35,340 nt of DNA, taken from contig JAGRNF010000008.1 of NCBI GenBank assembly GCA_020440865.1, positions 1 to 35,340 on the forward strand, read 5' to 3'. The stretch comes from Leptospiraceae bacterium (GTDB lineage Bacteria; Spirochaetota; Leptospiria; Leptospirales; Leptospiraceae). Shown here piece after piece: positions 18,190 through 27,853 of the stretch. Under the pieces are notes generated by a model. The model saw nothing but the letters and a program-made list of their open reading frames with translations. It was not told the origin of the DNA and made no database searches. Positions within the stretch are counted from its first letter, which is position 1. Each line of letters opens with the position of its first letter. Made by a program: the position numbers and the translations under genes.

Positions 18190-19473
18190 ATGGATACGAA
18201 AACGAATGATGAAAAAGAATCTATTAAAATTATAGTAAATAACACCAAACTCAAATTTATGTTATTCTTTTATTTAATACTTTTCTTCTTCTTTCTGGGA
18301 TTAGGAGCGAATCTTTCTTCTATCTCTCCTTATTTAATTTCTAATTTTAATGAAGATTCTGAATGGTTATTCATTATCAATCAGGTATCCGTTCCTGTTG
18401 GTACCTTATTTGCCGGTTGGATTTCCGATAAAACTAAGCTGATTAGGCCATTTTTAATCATTGGATTATTGCTTAATTTTCCTGCTCAGTATTTATTTTA
18501 TTCATTTCCGGAAAATTCCCTTTATACGGGTATTTGTATAGCAATTCTCAGACTATTACTCTCGGCAAATTATCAATGGATAGTAATAGGAGCTATTGAA
18601 TCGTTAGGCGAAAATTCATTTAGTAAAATTCGAAGCTACGGGACTATTGGATTTTTATTCGCACAATTGATTTTGTTTCTGGCAAGTACAGAAACTTTGA
18701 GTCTTTTAAAAAGTAGTTCTGAATCTGGGAAATTTGGGAGTTTATTTTATTTAATTCCTCTCCTCTTCATCGGACATGTTCCCCGGGTAAGAAATTCCAC
18801 TAGAATTTTTCTCTTCAAGGACGCACTAAAATTACTCAAACAAAAACACATGTTAGTTTTCTTCTTTTTATCTTTTCTATTTTATTCTGCATATCAATCC
18901 ACAGACAATTACCAGGGAAGATACTTTCAATTATTGTTCGGACTCCAATCTGTGTATATGATGTGGTTTATAGGTGTAATCTTTGAGGTTCCTTTTCTTC
19001 TCGGAGTCCCACAAATTGTTCATAAATTAGGTATTTTTTCATTAGTCTATCTATCTATATTTTCAGGGATACTTAAATTTTTTTATTTATCAATTTCTCC
19101 TTTTCGATTTGATATGTTCGAAGCCTACTTCTTCCAGATGTTTCATTCAATCTTATTTGCAGGATACTATATGGCGGGGATTTATTGGTTTAGAAAAACT
19201 TCAGAACCTCATCTTTATGGCTCTATCTATGGCCTCTATAGTATTTTTGCGATTTCACTTGGAGGAGTTACCGGAAATTTAATCTGTGGGAATTTACTCC
19301 ATTCCGATCTGGGAAATAAGGTCTTTTCGGAATTTTCAGGAAAAATATCTCCTGTGATTTTAAGTTTTATACCAATCTATATTTATTCCGGAATGATCTA
19401 CCTAATCTTATTGCCTCTATTTTATATGTTTTTCAAACTATTACCGGGTAAAATAAAGAAATCATTTCATTAA
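18190..19473 (+). CDS. Polytopic membrane protein, MFS-transporter-like
   Basis: ~12 hydrophobic segments; MFS motif-A-like 'AGWISDKTKLIRPFL'. An alternative start at 18259 (MLFFYLILFF) is possible. Confidence 0.5.
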   Translation: MDTKTNDEKESIKIIVNNTKLKFMLFFYLILFFFFLGLGANLSSISPYLISNFNEDSEWLFIINQVSVPVGTLFAGWISDKTKLIRPFLIIGLLLNFPAQYLFYSFPENSLYTGICIAILRLLLSANYQWIVIGAIESLGENSFSKIRSYGTIGFLFAQLILFLASTETLSLLKSSSESGKFGSLFYLIPLLFIGHVPRVRNSTRIFLFKDALKLLKQKHMLVFFFLSFLFYSAYQSTDNYQGRYFQLLFGLQSVYMMWFIGVIFEVPFLLGVPQIVHKLGIFSLVYLSIFSGILKFFYLSISPFRFDMFEAYFFQMFHSILFAGYYMAGIYWFRKTSEPHLYGSIYGLYSIFAISLGGVTGNLICGNLLHSDLGNKVFSEFSGKISPVILSFIPIYIYSGMIYLILLPLFYMFFKLLPGKIKKSFH

Positions 19474-19478
19474 ACAGG

Positions 19479-19496
19479 ATTCTTCTAATCAAGAAT
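19479..19496. terminator. Weak bidirectional hairpin between convergent genes
   Basis: 'attctt-ctaatc-aagaat' followed by T-rich 'ttatctctttgtt'; AT-rich 6-bp stem only. Confidence 0.25.
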
Positions 19497-19516
19497 TTAT
19501 CTCTTTGTTAAATAGA

Positions 19517-20323
19517 TCAATGAGCTTGAGTTTTGGACAATTTTAAAATTCGAAATGCACCGAAAGCAACCAATCCGAATACAAGAAATCCAATGATAAG
19601 ATCAGGAATTCCGGACTCAAAATAATAGACCAAAGTACCAGCAAGTACCACTCCAAGGTTGGCTATAATATCATTGGATGTAAAAATATAACTAGCCTGC
19701 ATATGACTCTCTTTGGATTTACTTTTTTGAATGATGTAAAGACTTAGAGAGTTTCCTAACAAAGCAAAGATTGAAATAGCAATCATAACCTGAAAATCTG
19801 GCATGTTCTCTACTCCAATGAATCTACGTATGACTTCTATCAATCCGAGTAGAGCGAGTATCAATTGCAAATATCCACTCAAAGCAGCAACCCGATTCTT
19901 TTTTTGATAAGATTTCCCAACTACCATTAGAGCCATACCATAGACAAGACTATCTGCTAACATATCGAGCCCATCAGCAACTAAACCAAGAGAATGAAAA
20001 AGGAATCCAAAGAGTGATTCGAGACAGAAGAAAAAGAAATTTATCCCCAAAACTATGAGAAGGAGTTTCTTATCCTGAGTTTGATTTTCAGGGATTTGAA
20101 AATCTTCAGATGAATCGGAAGAGATAAGCATAGCTCCCAAATTCAAACTTTCGAGATTAGTTAGTACTTTATTCTGAGTAATTTCATGATAAACTATAAG
20201 TTTTCTCGATGGAATATCAAATTCCATCGAGTGAATCCTATCCAATTCTCCTAATTTCATTCGGATCAAACTTTCTTCCGAAGGACAATCCATTTTTTGA
20301 ATTAGATAGATTGATCTATTCAT
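19517..20323 (-). CDS. Cation-diffusion-facilitator-like 6-TM membrane protein with N-terminal HMA-like (ferredoxin-fold metal-binding-like) domain
   Basis: TM2 motif 'HSLGLVADGLDMLADSL' resembles the CDF metal site A (D-x3-D); TM5 'SNDIIANLG'; N-terminal 'IQKMDCPSEESLIRMKLGELDRIHSMEFDIPSRKLIVYHE' has HMA-like spacing with a single Cys. Located 17 bp downstream of gcvP on the same strand. Confidence 0.5.
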   Translation of the reverse strand: MNRSIYLIQKMDCPSEESLIRMKLGELDRIHSMEFDIPSRKLIVYHEITQNKVLTNLESLNLGAMLISSDSSEDFQIPENQTQDKKLLLIVLGINFFFFCLESLFGFLFHSLGLVADGLDMLADSLVYGMALMVVGKSYQKKNRVAALSGYLQLILALLGLIEVIRRFIGVENMPDFQVMIAISIFALLGNSLSLYIIQKSKSKESHMQASYIFTSNDIIANLGVVLAGTLVYYFESGIPDLIIGFLVFGLVAFGAFRILKLSKTQAH

Positions 20324-20340
20324 AGTATTTGTTTTACTTT

Positions 20341-23235
20341 TTAGAGATAGGCTTCCATAGGCTCACAGGAACAAACCAGATTTCTATCCCCATAGACATT
20401 ATCTATTCTGGCTACAGCAGGCCAAAACTTGAAATTCTTTAGACTCGGAAGCGGATAGGCTGCTTTTTCTCTTGAATAAGAATTTTCCCACTTATCGGAA
20501 GTCACCATCAAAGCTGTGTGGGGTGAGTTTTTCAAAACATTATTCTCTTTTGAATATTTCCCCTCTTCGATTTCTTTGATTTCTCGATAGATTTCCATCA
20601 TAGCGTCACAAAATTTATCCAATTCGAATAATGACTCACTCTCGGTAGGCTCAATCATCAGGGTTCCCGGCACCGGAAATGACATAGTAGGAGCATGATA
20701 ACCAAAATCCATCAATCGTTTGGCTATATCCTCGACTTCCACTCCGGAACCAGTTTTAAATTTTCTTGTATCGAGAATGCATTCATGAGCAACCAACCCC
20801 GATCTTCCTTTATAAAGAACAGGATAGGAAGAAGATAATTTCTTAGCTATGTAATTGGCATTTAGAATTGCTACCTGAGTAGCTTTTCTCAAGCCTTCAA
20901 ATCCAAGCATGCGAATGTAAGCATATGAGATCAGGAGAATATTAGCACTTCCAAATGGAGATGAAGTAACTGCTCCCTCTTTATTCCCCGAATTATTATC
21001 ATAAAGACTGTGTCCGGGTAAAAATTTTGCCAGATGAGATACAACACCTATCGGTCCTACTCCGGGACCACCACCACCATGAGGGATACAAAATGTTTTA
21101 TGAAGGTTCAAATGACATACATCAGCACCAAAGTCAGCAGGTCGACACAATCCTACCTGTGCATTCATATTGGCTCCATCCATATAAACATGTCCACCCG
21201 CTTTGTGGACGATTTCACAAATATCACGAATCTCTTCTTCAAATACTCCGTGAGTAGAGGGATAAGTAACCATCAATGCACCCAGGTCATTTGCATACTT
21301 ATCAACTTTTGCTCGTAGATCGGATACGTCCACATTCCCGTTAGAATCGCAATTCACTACGACTACTTTAAAACCTGCCAGAACTGCACTGGCCGGATTG
21401 GTTCCATGGGCAGAGATTGGAATCAAACAGATGTTTCGATTGGATTGACCGATTGATTTGTAATAATTTCTTATGGTGAGAAGACCGGCATACTCTCCCT
21501 GAGAACCGGCATTGGGTTGAAGGGATACAGCAGAAAACCCTGTGATCTCACTCAGCCATTTTTCTAATCTCTCAAATAACTTTCTGTATCCCCTAACCTG
21601 ATCACCGGGTGCAAAAGGATGAATATTGCTGAATTCTTCCCAGGTAACCGGAATCATTTCAACAGTAGCATTCAATTTCATAGTACAGGATCCGAGTGGA
21701 ATCATAGACGTGTTTAACGATAAATCCTTTGACTCCAAACGATGCATATATCTCAGAATTTCTGTCTCGGTATGGTATTGATTGAAAACTTTTTGTTGAA
21801 GAATTTGAGTATTTCTCAGTAATTTGTCCGGCAAAGTTATCGGATGATATTCAGTTGAACAGGAGGAAAATGATGGTTCTCTATTTTGATTCAATACAAA
21901 AAGAATTTCATCTAAATCAAATAAAGTAGTTGTCTCGTTGAGGGAAATGCTAATTACTTTATCATCAAAATACCTAAAGTTAATTTTCTTTTCTTTTGCA
22001 AAATTCTTTAACTCCTCTGAAGAGATATTAGACAATTCTATTTTAAGAGTATCAAATGAATTTTCATTGAGTACTTTATGTCCAAGTTTCCGAACACCTT
22101 CTGCTAAAATATTCGACATTGAATGAACTCTTTCAGCAATTTTGCGGAGACCTTCCGGACCATGATAGACTGCATACATAGAAGATAGTACCGCTAGAAG
22201 TACCTGTGCTGTACAGATATTACTTGTTGCCTTATCCCTTCTAATGTGTTGCTCTCTGGTTTGAAGAGACAAACGTAGGGCAGAATTGCCCATACGATCT
22301 TTCGAGACACCTACAAGTCTTCCGGGCATATTTCGCTTGTATTCATCCTTTGTTGCAAAGTATCCGGCATGAGGCCCACCATAACCCATGGGCAATCCAA
22401 ATCTCTGATTGCTCCCAACTACTATATCCGCACCCCATTCTCCCGGAGGTTTGAGCAGTACAAGTGAAAGTAAATCTGCGACTACAATAGATTTGATTTT
22501 TTTCTCAGAGCTAGACTTAACTATTCCTTCAAAGTCCATTACCTCACCATTGGTATCAGGATATTGTATTACTATCGCAAAATATTTTTCATCCGGTTTG
22601 TATTTTGTTATCGAACCCACTTCGACCTGTATTCCAAGTGGTTCGGTTCTGGTTTTGATCACAGCTATCGTCTGAGGATGGCAGGCATCGGATACAAATA
22701 ATGTATTAGATGTTTGATTCTCGCGAATGCTATAGAGTAAGAACATTCCTTCAGCAGCGGCAGTTCCTTCATCCAGAAGGGATGCATTTGCTATTTCCAT
22801 TCCGGTTAAATCCATAATCATAGTTTGAAAGTTCAATAGGGCTTCCAGTCTACCCTGAGCGATTTCTGCCTGATAGGGTGTATAAGCTGTATACCAACCG
22901 GGGTTTTCTAAAATATTTCTTAATATTACGTTGGGTAAAATACTCGGTGAATATCCCATCCCAATATATGATTTATAGATTTGATTCTGATTGGCCAATT
23001 CTCGAATTTCTTGAATTACGTCAAACTCACTGATTGGTGGTGGGAGTTCTAAATTTTTTTGCAATCGGATATTTTTTGGTACTATATTGTCTATTAGATC
23101 TTCAATAGATTGATAACCAACTTCTTTAAGCATACTTTGAATCTCATTTGAATTGGAACCGAGATGTCTATTGATGAACTCTTCTTTTTCAAGTGCAGGG
23201 TATCGTTCAGACGGAGTGATTTTAATTTTGTTCAT
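20341..23235 (-). CDS. gcvP: Glycine dehydrogenase (decarboxylating), glycine cleavage system P protein (single-chain form)
   Basis: 964 aa; full-length collinear GcvP hallmarks including '[23 protein letters not shown]', PLP region '[25 protein letters not shown]' and 'ECILDTR'. Confidence 0.95.
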   Translation of the reverse strand: MNKIKITPSERYPALEKEEFINRHLGSNSNEIQSMLKEVGYQSIEDLIDNIVPKNIRLQKNLELPPPISEFDVIQEIRELANQNQIYKSYIGMGYSPSILPNVILRNILENPGWYTAYTPYQAEIAQGRLEALLNFQTMIMDLTGMEIANASLLDEGTAAAEGMFLLYSIRENQTSNTLFVSDACHPQTIAVIKTRTEPLGIQVEVGSITKYKPDEKYFAIVIQYPDTNGEVMDFEGIVKSSSEKKIKSIVVADLLSLVLLKPPGEWGADIVVGSNQRFGLPMGYGGPHAGYFATKDEYKRNMPGRLVGVSKDRMGNSALRLSLQTREQHIRRDKATSNICTAQVLLAVLSSMYAVYHGPEGLRKIAERVHSMSNILAEGVRKLGHKVLNENSFDTLKIELSNISSEELKNFAKEKKINFRYFDDKVISISLNETTTLFDLDEILFVLNQNREPSFSSCSTEYHPITLPDKLLRNTQILQQKVFNQYHTETEILRYMHRLESKDLSLNTSMIPLGSCTMKLNATVEMIPVTWEEFSNIHPFAPGDQVRGYRKLFERLEKWLSEITGFSAVSLQPNAGSQGEYAGLLTIRNYYKSIGQSNRNICLIPISAHGTNPASAVLAGFKVVVVNCDSNGNVDVSDLRAKVDKYANDLGALMVTYPSTHGVFEEEIRDICEIVHKAGGHVYMDGANMNAQVGLCRPADFGADVCHLNLHKTFCIPHGGGGPGVGPIGVVSHLAKFLPGHSLYDNNSGNKEGAVTSSPFGSANILLISYAYIRMLGFEGLRKATQVAILNANYIAKKLSSSYPVLYKGRSGLVAHECILDTRKFKTGSGVEVEDIAKRLMDFGYHAPTMSFPVPGTLMIEPTESESLFELDKFCDAMMEIYREIKEIEEGKYSKENNVLKNSPHTALMVTSDKWENSYSREKAAYPLPSLKNFKFWPAVARIDNVYGDRNLVCSCEPMEAYL

Positions 23236-23282
23236 AAAGAAGTCCTCTTGAGAAATATCATTTTCGAAAAATTCCGGAACGG

Positions 23283-23328
23283 ATTCATAGAAAACTCTGA
23301 CAAATGAAAAAGCAAGAAAGCTATGAAT
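23283..23328 (-). promoter_or_regulatory. Long-loop hairpin in the gcvP 5' leader / upstream-gene 3' region
   Basis: 8-bp inverted repeat 'attcatag' (23283-23290) / 'ctatgaat' (23321-23328) enclosing a 30-nt loop, ~50 nt upstream of the gcvP start codon. Confidence 0.3.
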
Positions 23329-23375
23329 TCTTATTCTTACTCCAGTTTTTTTTGGCTAAGTTTTTTTTAAATCAA

Positions 23376-24788
23376 TTAATCGACATCAACGATCAGAAGA
23401 GTGATGTCATCTTCAGGATGTTTGTTTCCGGTAAATTCTGAGACTTTTTGAATGATAAATCCTGTGGCTTCCTCACCACTCAATTCTCCGGATTCATGGA
23501 AATATCCAAAGAGAGTTTCTTCGTCAATCATCATCCTCGATTCATTGTTTCTCGCTTCCAGAAGACCATCCGTGTAAAAAATGAATCTATCTCCGGAAAA
23601 ATACGGAACAGTTTTCTCCTCGAGTTTTAAATCCGGAAATACTCCCAGGAGCCTTCCTTTGGATTCTAAAATATCTCGCTTACCATTTTTCCTAATTACA
23701 TAGGGAGGAGGATGGCCTGCTGAAGAGAAAATAAAACGTCCAACAGCAGAACTTTCCAGGGAAGCAGGAGATTGCTCAAACACACCTATAAATATTGTAA
23801 TAAAATTTCCTGCAGTTATATCTAGAAGTTGTTGGTTGATTTTATTGAGAATCAAAGAGGGATAGTAAAGTCTTTCTATGGAGTTTTTCCAGCTCATTTT
23901 TGCCATCGATGCTATAAAAGCGGCGGGTATCCCATGCCCGGAAACATCAGCGATGATAACTCCAATCTTGTCCCGAGAATTTTTTTTAAAACTTTGTGCC
24001 CGGAAGTCTACAATATCATAAAAATCTCCCCCAACACTGGTCATCGGGAGATATTTTGTGTAAAATTTCAAACCTGATTGAATCGGCAAGGCTTTGGGCA
24101 ATAAATTTTCCTGAATTTTTTTTGCCCTTTCGAGTTCTAAATTTACTTCTTTTTGTCTGTTTAGAATTTCTTCTTTAAGTTTTTTTTCCTGTTTGAGATT
24201 CTCAGTTAAATAGTTAATAAATAATTCATTAATATAATTAATAATATAAGAAGACTGCCTTTCGATTAATATTCTTGCTTTTTCTTTTTGAAACTTTCCC
24301 ATCGAGCTCATTTCTATAGATTGAATGAATTGGTCCCGAACATGACCTTCCTGAAGGTTGAACCGCCCCAAATCATCCGGAGACTGAACCAACCTTTTAA
24401 AAACTATATTTACTCTGTTTTTTATCAATTTGAAATCAGGATCTAAATCATATAAAAATAAATGCTCTATCCGGAATTTGTAAGTTAAAATTAAATTTTT
24501 AGCTGTAACATCTTCAAAATCAAAATCATTTACATTCTCTTTATAAATTCTTTCAAAAAAAGAATCTCCTTTAGGTAAGGTTTTATAAAAATTTTTAATA
24601 TATTTTAACTCGTTTTCTAAAAAATCTTTATAAGTGTTTCCTTCAGCCATAAGAAAGTTTAAAGTCTGATCTTTTTTTTTGAGTTCCCTTTGTATTACTT
24701 TTGCATACTCCCCTAATAATATTTTAAATAATTTTTTTCTAAAAAAATCTTTTTCTAATTTGTATCTACTAAATATTGACTCACTCAA
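23376..24788 (-). CDS. Cytoplasmic PP2C/SpoIIE-family serine phosphatase with N-terminal uncharacterised coiled-coil domain
   Basis: 'MTSVGGDFYDIVDF', 'IADVSGHGIPAAFIASM', 'SSAGHPPPYVIR', 'FIFYTDGLLEA'. The ORF as given starts with TTG. Confidence 0.8.
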   Translation of the reverse strand: MSESIFSRYKLEKDFFRKKLFKILLGEYAKVIQRELKKKDQTLNFLMAEGNTYKDFLENELKYIKNFYKTLPKGDSFFERIYKENVNDFDFEDVTAKNLILTYKFRIEHLFLYDLDPDFKLIKNRVNIVFKRLVQSPDDLGRFNLQEGHVRDQFIQSIEMSSMGKFQKEKARILIERQSSYIINYINELFINYLTENLKQEKKLKEEILNRQKEVNLELERAKKIQENLLPKALPIQSGLKFYTKYLPMTSVGGDFYDIVDFRAQSFKKNSRDKIGVIIADVSGHGIPAAFIASMAKMSWKNSIERLYYPSLILNKINQQLLDITAGNFITIFIGVFEQSPASLESSAVGRFIFSSAGHPPPYVIRKNGKRDILESKGRLLGVFPDLKLEEKTVPYFSGDRFIFYTDGLLEARNNESRMMIDEETLFGYFHESGELSGEEATGFIIQKVSEFTGNKHPEDDITLLIVDVD

Positions 24789-24797
24789 AACATTCTC

Positions 24798-24896
24798 CTA
24801 TAGTCATTTTCAAAAGGTTTGCATATGCACAAAAGAATCATCTATAAAATGGCTACATACCGTAATAGAAAAAATGCAATTATTTATGAGAAATGG
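24798..24896 (+). repeat. Interspersed ~100-bp element, family 1, copy A2 (reference copy)
   Basis: 'ctatagtcattttcaaaaggtttgcatatgcacaaaagaatcatctataaaATGgctacataccgtaatagaaaaaatgcaattatttatgagaaatgg'; begins 10 bp from the start codon of the PP2C gene on the opposite strand. Confidence 0.7.
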
Positions 24897-24925
24897 TGTA
24901 TAGAAATGCTTTATAAGATCATTAA

Positions 24926-26935
24926 TCATTTCTCCCTACCCTTAAATTCTAGAAGTAGAAAGGTCGCATCATCGTTTAAATTTGAATTCTCTTTTGATTC
25001 TTTCCATACTTTTACAATTTTATCCAGGGAAGTATCCACCTGATAAATTTGATTATTGGTAAATACCTGAAAGAAGGCATCCATATTCCATCCGGGGTTA
25101 GTATTGTCCAAGAAAACTCCATCTGTATAAAGTAAAATCCTATCTCCGGGGTTTAATTTATCTACCCTATATTCAAATTTGGGATACTGGATTGAACTCA
25201 TACCCAAAAACATTCCTTTGGATAGCAAACTTTCATAAATCCCAAATTTTTTTCTAAATAAAAAGGCTGGCTTATGTGCTGCTGAAGAGTACAATAAAGT
25301 CCCATCGGAATGAATTATCAATAAAAATGCTGTCATATAATCATTTGTATGAATAGTCTTTTTGGTCTGCTCATTGACATTTTGAAATATTTCATTGGGT
25401 TTTGAATCTGACTTTATAAAATTTTGAAAACTCATTTTGAAAAGAGTGGTTAGCAATGCCGCAGATACACCGTGACCGGATACGTCACCAATATAAACCG
25501 CTATTGTATCTTTATCTATACTAATAATATCAAAGAAATCCCCACCTATATCCATTAGGTATTCACAATGATACTTTACACTTATGAATTCATATTCGTT
25601 TTTTTCGGAGGGAATCAATCCTCTTTGCACATCAGAAGCAAGTTGAAGTTCATCCTGAATTTTTTTCTGTTTATCTGCAAAATCTTTTATAATTTTTTTT
25701 AATTTAATATTTTCTTCTTCTGATACTTTTTTTAATTCATTTTTTTCTTCTCGAAGTATTTTTGATGTCAAACCTATTTTAGATGAAAAAATCAAGGTTA
25801 TAGATATCGCCTGAATCACAACAGAAGCTTCAAATCCCCACTTAACATATCCGATATGAGAGTCATGGAAATAATTACGAAATAAGAAAAGAACACTTCC
25901 CAATATTAGAGGACTCCAGGTAATTGCATACATATACAATTGATTGTCTTTCTTTACTATCATATATAAAAAAAACAAACAGAGTGTACTAAATATCACT
26001 CCATCAATAAACAATAAATAATAGAAATCGAGAATATTTTGAGAATGATATCCAAAACTCATTATAAAAATGAGAAAAATTAAGATAAAATTTCGAATTT
26101 TTTTGATGGTGTAGTATTCAACTTTATAAGATTGTAATTCTGAAAATATATAAAGAACGCAGAGCTGTAATAGATTAATCACAATGAGATACAGCACCTG
26201 ATACATACCTAAAGTGAAGTCAAAGAATAAAATAATCAGATTATGAGTAAATAGTTCATAAAAAGCTAATGTAGAGATAAGGAAGAAATTATATAAAAAA
26301 TTCATTTCTTTTGAGAAGAAAAAAATGAATACATTATAAATTCCAAATAAAATCAATAATCCGTAATATATTCCCAAAAGAAAGTTTTCAATAAATTTCT
26401 TATCGTGAAATCTCTTTGTATTGTATATGTTAAAAGAATTGAATATGGGTGCTCTGGAATAAATTTTGATATATATTTCAAGTTCTTCATGATCTTCGAT
26501 GAAGGGTAATTCAATAATAAAATTTCTATTTCGAACTTGTCCCGGTTTCCATTCTTGCCCCTTGCCCATATCTATAAGTTTCAATCTTTCTTTTCTTAAT
26601 AAAAAAACATCTACTCTTTCGAGAATACTATCATCTAGTTCTAAATACATAGCTTCATCTATTTTACCAAATATTCTAATATGAAACCAATGATGATTCG
26701 TAGATGTCATCGAATTGTAAGTTTCCTTATTTATCACCCGGAACAAATGGCTTGAATTCCTTACTTCATCCAAACTAAGAATTTTATTTTCTTCTTGATA
26801 GTATTCAAAAAAAGGTGTGATGTTTTGTTGTGAACTCAGCAATTCAATCGAATAGGATTCAACCGAATAAAGAGGAAAAGTACAAATCAAGAAAAATGTT
26901 AAAATCAATTTTTGAATTAATATCCAATTCTTCAT
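24926..26935 (-). CDS. 7TM-receptor-type (7TMR-DISM-like) sensor fused to PP2C/SpoIIE serine phosphatase
   Basis: Extracytoplasmic N-terminal domain, 7 TM segments, coiled coil, PP2C motifs 'MDIGGDFFDII', 'IGDVSGHGVSAALLT', 'SSAAHKPAFLF', 'ILLYTDGVF'. The ORF is open to 27028, but that extension is built from the family-1 repeat; the Met at 26935 ('MKNWILIQKLILTFFLICTFPLYS') gives a signal peptide and lies just outside the repeat. Confidence 0.8.
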   Translation of the reverse strand: MKNWILIQKLILTFFLICTFPLYSVESYSIELLSSQQNITPFFEYYQEENKILSLDEVRNSSHLFRVINKETYNSMTSTNHHWFHIRIFGKIDEAMYLELDDSILERVDVFLLRKERLKLIDMGKGQEWKPGQVRNRNFIIELPFIEDHEELEIYIKIYSRAPIFNSFNIYNTKRFHDKKFIENFLLGIYYGLLILFGIYNVFIFFFSKEMNFLYNFFLISTLAFYELFTHNLIILFFDFTLGMYQVLYLIVINLLQLCVLYIFSELQSYKVEYYTIKKIRNFILIFLIFIMSFGYHSQNILDFYYLLFIDGVIFSTLCLFFLYMIVKKDNQLYMYAITWSPLILGSVLFLFRNYFHDSHIGYVKWGFEASVVIQAISITLIFSSKIGLTSKILREEKNELKKVSEEENIKLKKIIKDFADKQKKIQDELQLASDVQRGLIPSEKNEYEFISVKYHCEYLMDIGGDFFDIISIDKDTIAVYIGDVSGHGVSAALLTTLFKMSFQNFIKSDSKPNEIFQNVNEQTKKTIHTNDYMTAFLLIIHSDGTLLYSSAAHKPAFLFRKKFGIYESLLSKGMFLGMSSIQYPKFEYRVDKLNPGDRILLYTDGVFLDNTNPGWNMDAFFQVFTNNQIYQVDTSLDKIVKVWKESKENSNLNDDATFLLLEFKGREK

Positions 26936-26947
26936 AGCATTGATTTT

Positions 26948-27045
26948 TATAATCATTTTCAAAAAGATTTGTGTACTCACTAGTAAATCAGCAATAAAAT
27001 GGCTAATATCGTAAACAGAAAAACGCATTTATTTTTGAAAATTAG
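26948..27045 (+). repeat. Interspersed ~100-bp element, family 1, copy A3
   Basis: 'ttataatcattttcaaaaagatttgtgtactcactagtaaatcagcaataaaATGgctaatatcgtaaacagaaaaacgcatttatttttgaaaat'; TATAAT in place of TATAGT. Confidence 0.65.
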
Positions 27046-27061
27046 TTCATTCTTCTCATCC

Positions 27062-27185
27062 AAACATTCTCAGAATTGGTTTTTATAAATACTTGCGAAT
27101 TTCATCTTAAGGTATATAACCATTTTATAGCTTATTCTTCTGTGAAAGCGCAAACCTTCTGAAAGTGACTTTAGTAACTATAGCT
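27062..27185 (-). repeat. Interspersed element, family 1, copy B3 (inverse orientation, adjacent to A3 forming an inverted pair)
   Basis: Reverse complement 'ctatagttactaaagtcac...cacagaagaataagctataaaatggttatataccttaag...cgcaagtatttataaaaaccaattctgagaatg' aligns to the family, with small rearrangements at the 3' end. Confidence 0.6.
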
Positions 27186-27274
27186 TTGTATCTTAAAAAA
27201 ATTTAGTTCCAAAATGATTCCAAGATTTTTTTCCACTAATCGGGAGGATATTTTTTTAGAAAGAAATTTTTAAT

Positions 27275-27853
27275 TCAAAAAATTCCGGGTAAAAATCGTT
27301 TCTTATCAGCAAAATGCTCCTGATATTTATGGTTTTGAAATAATTTCGATTCTTCAAGCGGGATTCTAAATGCCAATAATATAGCATTTCCGACACTGAA
27401 AAAAATAAAAGTCAGATAAGCGTTATGTATTAATGAAATGCTCAAAATTTCCAAAATCACTACAAGATAATTTGGATGTCTAATGAATCTATAAACTCCT
27501 TTTGTCACTATGGAGTCTGGCGAGGTGTCTGTAATGATTTTTGTATTCCATGAAGTATTCAAAATCTTTAAAACATGAAACCTGAGTATCAGACAAAACA
27601 AATAGATCCCCCCAAAAATCATTCCGCCGTAATTAGAAAAATCTCTTTTGAATAAAATCACTTCCAACGGAACCGAAATTAAAAACATAGAGTGAAGAAG
27701 TACAAAAAAAACAAAGTATCTTTCTTTCGTTTCGTGTGTTTGAGGATTTTGGATCCTAAGATTTCGATTTTTTTTTGCTATCAAAAGTTCCAACAATCGC
27801 AAAACAATCGTCAGAATCAAAACAATAGCCAGAAATATATAACCAAGATTCAT
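27275..27853 (-). CDS. Isoprenylcysteine carboxyl methyltransferase (ICMT/PEMT-like) family membrane methyltransferase
   Basis: Multi-TM; C-terminal motifs 'RFIRHPNYLVVILEILSISL' and 'EESKLFQNHKYQEHF' (R-H-P-x-Y ... E-E-x-x-L-x-x-x-F-G/H). Start codon overlaps the stop of the upstream gene (TAATG). Confidence 0.7.
   Translation of the reverse strand: MNLGYIFLAIVLILTIVLRLLELLIAKKNRNLRIQNPQTHETKERYFVFFVLLHSMFLISVPLEVILFKRDFSNYGGMIFGGIYLFCLILRFHVLKILNTSWNTKIITDTSPDSIVTKGVYRFIRHPNYLVVILEILSISLIHNAYLTFIFFSVGNAILLAFRIPLEESKLFQNHKYQEHFADKKRFLPGIF

Noticed and set aside
21027-21318. Two overlapping + strand ORFs (76 and 94 aa)
   Set aside because: Both lie entirely antisense within the highly conserved gcvP coding sequence and have no independent signals.
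23236-23375. Possible glycine riboswitch in the gcvP leader
   Set aside because: Reading the reverse complement I could not find the conserved aptamer cores (GGAGAG...CACCGAAGG...CTCTGG). Only a single long-loop hairpin is present. An Infernal scan is needed to be definitive.
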